NCBI GenBank assembly: GCA_016218725.1
Contig: JACRDB010000098.1
Span: 7,259-71,258 of the forward strand
Reading direction: 5' to 3'
DNA from: Deltaproteobacteria bacterium
GTDB lineage: Bacteria; Myxococcota_A; Polyangia; Polyangiales; Ga0077539
Length of the DNA: 64,000 nucleotides
The notes under the pieces were generated by a model. It was not told where the DNA came from. It worked only from the letters and a program-made list of their open reading frames with translations, and did no database searches. Positions 59,354-64,000 of the stretch are shown piece after piece. The stretch's first letter is position 1. Each line of letters opens with the position of its first letter. Position numbers and translations under genes: made by a program.

Positions 59354-60385
59354 ATGGCGACCGCGAACAACCGAACGCCGATGCCGGACCTCTCGCGGCG
59401 GTTCCTGAGCGCGTGTGTGCGGCACGCCCGGAGCCCGAACCACCCGGTGCTCTCGGACGCAGCGATCCTGCGGCACGTGACGCTCCTGGGGCTGATGGCG
59501 GGCCGCGGGGCGATCGCCGGCTACCGTGACCGCCCGGAGCGCCGGGCGGATGTCCTGCGCGAGGTGATGGGCTTCCAGGCGCGCAAGACCGCCATGAAGT
59601 TTCCGCCGCACATCGCCGGTGCGATGCTCCAGACCGCGTTGGACGAAGGCGACATCGAGGCCACGCAGATCCTGGACGCGGTGGGGGACGACCTGGCCGA
59701 CTGGGGCACGCACCTGTGGCACCTCCTGGAGGGCACCCGGTGGTACGAGCGGGACACGCCGGAGCACCGCGCGCTCCTGGCGCGGGTCCTGGGCGAGGTG
59801 CTCGCGCTGCGCCTCCTGGACGGCCCCGGCGGCCGGGACACGGCGTCCACGCTGGTGGAGATGGTGGGCCTGCGCTCGCTGGTGAGCGACGCGATCCCGC
59901 TGGAGCTCCGAGAGCGGATCGTGATGGCGTCGCTGAGCGCGGCCCGGGGCAACCAGCGCTGGAGCGAGGTGGAGCTCCTGGAGGTGCTCACCCTGGAGGA
60001 GCTGTGCCGCTGGGCCCCCATGGGCTCGCTGGTGAAGGTCCTGCACGCGGTGGCCCGGCGCTTCGGGTGGATGGAGGAGCCCCCCGCGGAGCGCGTGAGC
60101 GCCGCGCCGCCGGAGCCCCAGAAGCCCGTGGTGGACTCCGGCGAGCCCTACCAGGCCGTATCCAGCTCGCCGCCGCCGTCTACGCCGCTCGGGCAGGTGG
60201 AGCCCGAAATCGCCGTGTCCAGCGCCCCCAGCGCGATGCCCCCGCCGCCTCTGGACAGCGCCCAGGGGGCCGTCGCGCCGCGGCAGGTGTCGGGCTCCCC
60301 TCGCTCGGGGGTGAACGTCGCCCTGAACCGCCTCTCCAGCCCGCCGAGCTACCCGGGCCGCGGGGGCCCTCGCCGGAGCGAGTGA
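59354..60385 (+). CDS. Hypothetical protein with Pro/Ser-rich tail
   Basis: ATG59354 lies 7 nt after TATCTT. Helical core with host-like codon bias. Confidence 0.7.
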   Translation: MATANNRTPMPDLSRRFLSACVRHARSPNHPVLSDAAILRHVTLLGLMAGRGAIAGYRDRPERRADVLREVMGFQARKTAMKFPPHIAGAMLQTALDEGDIEATQILDAVGDDLADWGTHLWHLLEGTRWYERDTPEHRALLARVLGEVLALRLLDGPGGRDTASTLVEMVGLRSLVSDAIPLELRERIVMASLSAARGNQRWSEVELLEVLTLEELCRWAPMGSLVKVLHAVARRFGWMEEPPAERVSAAPPEPQKPVVDSGEPYQAVSSSPPPSTPLGQVEPEIAVSSAPSAMPPPPLDSAQGAVAPRQVSGSPRSGVNVALNRLSSPPSYPGRGGPRRSE

Positions 60386-60390
60386 CGGGG

Positions 60391-61401
60391 CTACACCCCG
60401 CGGAGCTCCACCCGGCACAGGGCCGAGGGGGTGTCTGGGTCGTCGCGGTCCAGCACCACCCAGGCCACGGCGGGGTCGTGGCGGTCGAGCACCAGGCCCT
60501 CGGGCTTGTCCGTCAGCGCCGCCCCGCCGCGGTCGAAGAGCAGCCCCTGGCGCGCGCGCCCGTCGGGGGTCTGCACCCCCAGGGCGGCGCCGATGCACGG
60601 CCCGTCGTGGTAGGTGTCCGGCGAGTCCTCCGCGGCGGCCAGGTAGAGCGCGGCGCCGTCCCTCCCCGCGCACCCGTCGGTGAAGGTCCAGGGCACCTCC
60701 CGGTCGTGGGTGGGCGAGCGGGCTCGCCCGAGGTCCCAGGCGAGCGCCCCCGCGAGGGCCCGCTGCACCGCCTCGGGCACCGGGGCGTCGGGCGCCGAGC
60801 GGCACCGCTCGAAGTACCCGAGGAGCGCCCCGAGGGGCAGGTCCACGGTGGCGCTCTGCGGTGAGAGCCCCCCCCGAGGCGCGCCGTTGCCTCGCTGGAA
60901 GAGCCGCAGGACCGCGCCACCGGGGCGTGGGAGCGCCGCGGCGCCCTCCACGTTGAGCTCGCTCCCGGCGAAGCCCTCGGTGGCCTCCAGGAGCGCGTAC
61001 AGCTCCCCACACTGCACGAGCTCGGGGGCGGTCCCGTCCCAGCGCACCACGGTCCGGCGCGCGGGGGTGCTCCCGCTCCCCAGGGCCCAGCACACCCCGT
61101 CCCACACGAAGAGGGCCTCGAGGTCCAGCTTGTGGTGCTTGTTCCCGAGGGCCTCGCCAAAGACCCGGGTCCCCTCCACCGGCGGCAGGGGCACCGGGTG
61201 CGCCAGGCCCGTCGAGGGGTCCACCAGGGCGAGGTAGTTCACGTCGTCCTGGGCGACCAGGAGGCGCCCTCGGAACCACCCCACGCCGCTTCCGGCGCGC
61301 ACGTGGGCGGGCTGCTCGGGGTGCTCCCGCGCCGCGTACACCATCGCCCTGCGGGCGGTCACCACGCCGCGCAGCCCCGGGTCCAGCTCGACGCGCTCCA
61401 T
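60391..61401 (-). CDS. Hypothetical protein, probable beta-propeller
   Basis: Motifs AQDD, KLDLEA, GSGST, NVEG, FQRGNG, FTDG, KPEGL suggest a conserved enzyme-like fold. Confidence 0.75.
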   Translation of the reverse strand: MERVELDPGLRGVVTARRAMVYAAREHPEQPAHVRAGSGVGWFRGRLLVAQDDVNYLALVDPSTGLAHPVPLPPVEGTRVFGEALGNKHHKLDLEALFVWDGVCWALGSGSTPARRTVVRWDGTAPELVQCGELYALLEATEGFAGSELNVEGAAALPRPGGAVLRLFQRGNGAPRGGLSPQSATVDLPLGALLGYFERCRSAPDAPVPEAVQRALAGALAWDLGRARSPTHDREVPWTFTDGCAGRDGAALYLAAAEDSPDTYHDGPCIGAALGVQTPDGRARQGLLFDRGGAALTDKPEGLVLDRHDPAVAWVVLDRDDPDTPSALCRVELRGV

Positions 61402-61471
61402 CGCCCCGGAGCTTAACCCCCTCAGGGCGCTTGCCCTTGACCGTTCGCGCCGGAAGGGTTCACCTCACGGC

Positions 61472-62725
61472 GTGGATGCCAGCACCCGAGCGGCGTGGGT
61501 CATCGTGGGGGGGGCCACCGTCACCGCGGTCGCATGCGGGGTCTGGCCCACCTTCCCGGACGACCGCCTGCACCCCCCTTCCCTGGACTCCGGCCTCGCG
61601 GACGGCAACGTCCCGGACACCGGCACCCTCACCGACTCCGGTGCCCGGCCCATGGACAATGGAGTTGACACCCTGGAGCTGGACCGCACGCTGGCGGAGC
61701 AGCCGTTGAAGGACACCTCCGGGGATGTGCTGCCGGAGGTGATGACGGACCCGTGCGCGCGCCCGCCGGTGGCGCCGGTGACGGCGGTGCGCCTGGCCGA
61801 GGGGGTGACGGACTCCCTGGACCTGGCGTTTGACGGCGCGGGCTCGCTGGCGGTGGGCTCTCGCGGCGCGGTGGACCTGGTGAGCCCCGCGGGGGGGCGC
61901 ACGTCGCTGTTGTCGTCGCTGGGCGGGGACGTGACGGTGCTGCGCTTCACGGCGTCGGGGGAGCTGCTCCTGGGGCTCCAGGCCCGGGATGACGCCGGGA
62001 CGCCCGTGTGGAGCCTGGTGCAGGCCCCGGCGGCGGGGGGGAGCGTGATGCCGAGGGTGTCGGGGTTGCGCTCCGTGGGGGGCCTGGCGCTGGACCCCAG
62101 CGGCGGGCTCTGGGTCGCGGACACGGAGGCGGGCACGGTGCTCCGGGTGCCTCCGGGGGCCACCACGCCCAGGGTGATGGTGCGGGACGTGGTGGCGCCC
62201 ACGCACCTCACGTTCAACCGGGACGCGTCGGCGCTGTTCATCGCCACGCGCTCGCGCACGGTGTACCGCGTGGCGGTCACGTACCCGACGCCGCCCGCGG
62301 ACGCGGGCGCGGGGGATGTCCCTGACGCGGAGCCTTCGGACCTGGGCCCCGCAGGAGACGCCGCTGTGGACGTTCCCTCGGACGGCGACCTGCCGCCCTG
62401 CCGGGGCCAGACCGAGGACGGGGTGACCACGGGCTGCGGCCTGCCCTCGGCCGGGGGCTTCGAGCCCATCACGGGTCTGGCGATGGACGTCTGTGGGTAC
62501 CTCTACGTGGCCACCGAGGGGATGGTCATCTGGCGCATCCCGCCCGCCGAGGGGCCCTTCCAGCGCTTTGTCACGGGCGTCCAGCCACGGGGGCTGGCCT
62601 TTGGCCAGGGGCCAGGCTTTGTGTCAACTGCGTTGTACACCCTGAGCGCGGAGACCGGCGCGGTGTTCACGGCGGACGTAGGGATCCCCGGGGTACCCCG
62701 GCCGGTGCCTGCGCGGGGGCCGTAG
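61472..62725 (+). CDS. SMP-30/NHL-like beta-propeller lipoprotein
   Basis: Lipobox AVAC, GLALDPSGGLWVAD, GLAMDVCGYLYVA, PRGLAFG. Confidence 0.75.
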   Translation: MDASTRAAWVIVGGATVTAVACGVWPTFPDDRLHPPSLDSGLADGNVPDTGTLTDSGARPMDNGVDTLELDRTLAEQPLKDTSGDVLPEVMTDPCARPPVAPVTAVRLAEGVTDSLDLAFDGAGSLAVGSRGAVDLVSPAGGRTSLLSSLGGDVTVLRFTASGELLLGLQARDDAGTPVWSLVQAPAAGGSVMPRVSGLRSVGGLALDPSGGLWVADTEAGTVLRVPPGATTPRVMVRDVVAPTHLTFNRDASALFIATRSRTVYRVAVTYPTPPADAGAGDVPDAEPSDLGPAGDAAVDVPSDGDLPPCRGQTEDGVTTGCGLPSAGGFEPITGLAMDVCGYLYVATEGMVIWRIPPAEGPFQRFVTGVQPRGLAFGQGPGFVSTALYTLSAETGAVFTADVGIPGVPRPVPARGP

Positions 62726-62736
62726 GTTCGCGTGTC

Positions 62737-62765
62737 TTGACACCCGAGGGGGTGGCACCTAGGGT
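62737..62765 (+). promoter_or_regulatory. Putative sigma70-type promoter of rho
   Basis: TTGACA-N17-TAGGGT, about 100 nt upstream of the start codon. Confidence 0.65.
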
Positions 62766-62861
62766 GCCGCCCGGTAGCGCCCGCCCATACCCGCCGTAGC
62801 TGTTCCACGACACGCCCACTCCCCTTTTGGACCGCCGCGCCGATGCGTGGCGAAGCGAGAA

Positions 62862-64000
<1,139 letters not shown>

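Overview
Very high-GC (~70-75% by eye) chromosomal window, most consistent with a myxobacterium (Myxococcota, Polyangiales/Sandaracinaceae-like; inferred from a CglF/GltF-like gene, many Cys-rich lipoproteins and a zinc-ribbon Ser/Thr kinase). It holds about 50 real genes; most long ORFs in the supplied track are antisense or off-frame shadows. Recognisable housekeeping genes are xseB, pyk, pyrG, rho (partial) and tRNA-Cys(GCA). There are also a FecA-like TonB receptor, a His-rich/P1B-ATPase metal locus, a HAD-phnC-phnD/E-fusion operon, an orphan DNA methyltransferase and many exported proteins of unknown function. The strongest unexplained signal: nearly every exported protein is almost free of lysine (and often Met-rich), while cytoplasmic proteins and cytoplasmic domains keep Lys. 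This holds even inside a low-GC segment, and in a secreted kinase the only Lys left is the catalytic one. Second is a 7-kb minus-strand module (21.7-28.7 kb): two small paralogues (one broken by an in-frame TAG that aligns with Gln), an FG-GAP lipoprotein, two tailspike-like beta-helix paralogues and a LamG protein, with a low-GC cassette crossing a gene boundary. Other points: a secreted Four-jointed/Fam20-like kinase, a presenilin-like GxGD protease, frequent leaderless-type promoters, and a 41-bp duplication flanking a DUF4351/Rpn-like gene. All family calls come from motifs read by eye; no database searches were run.
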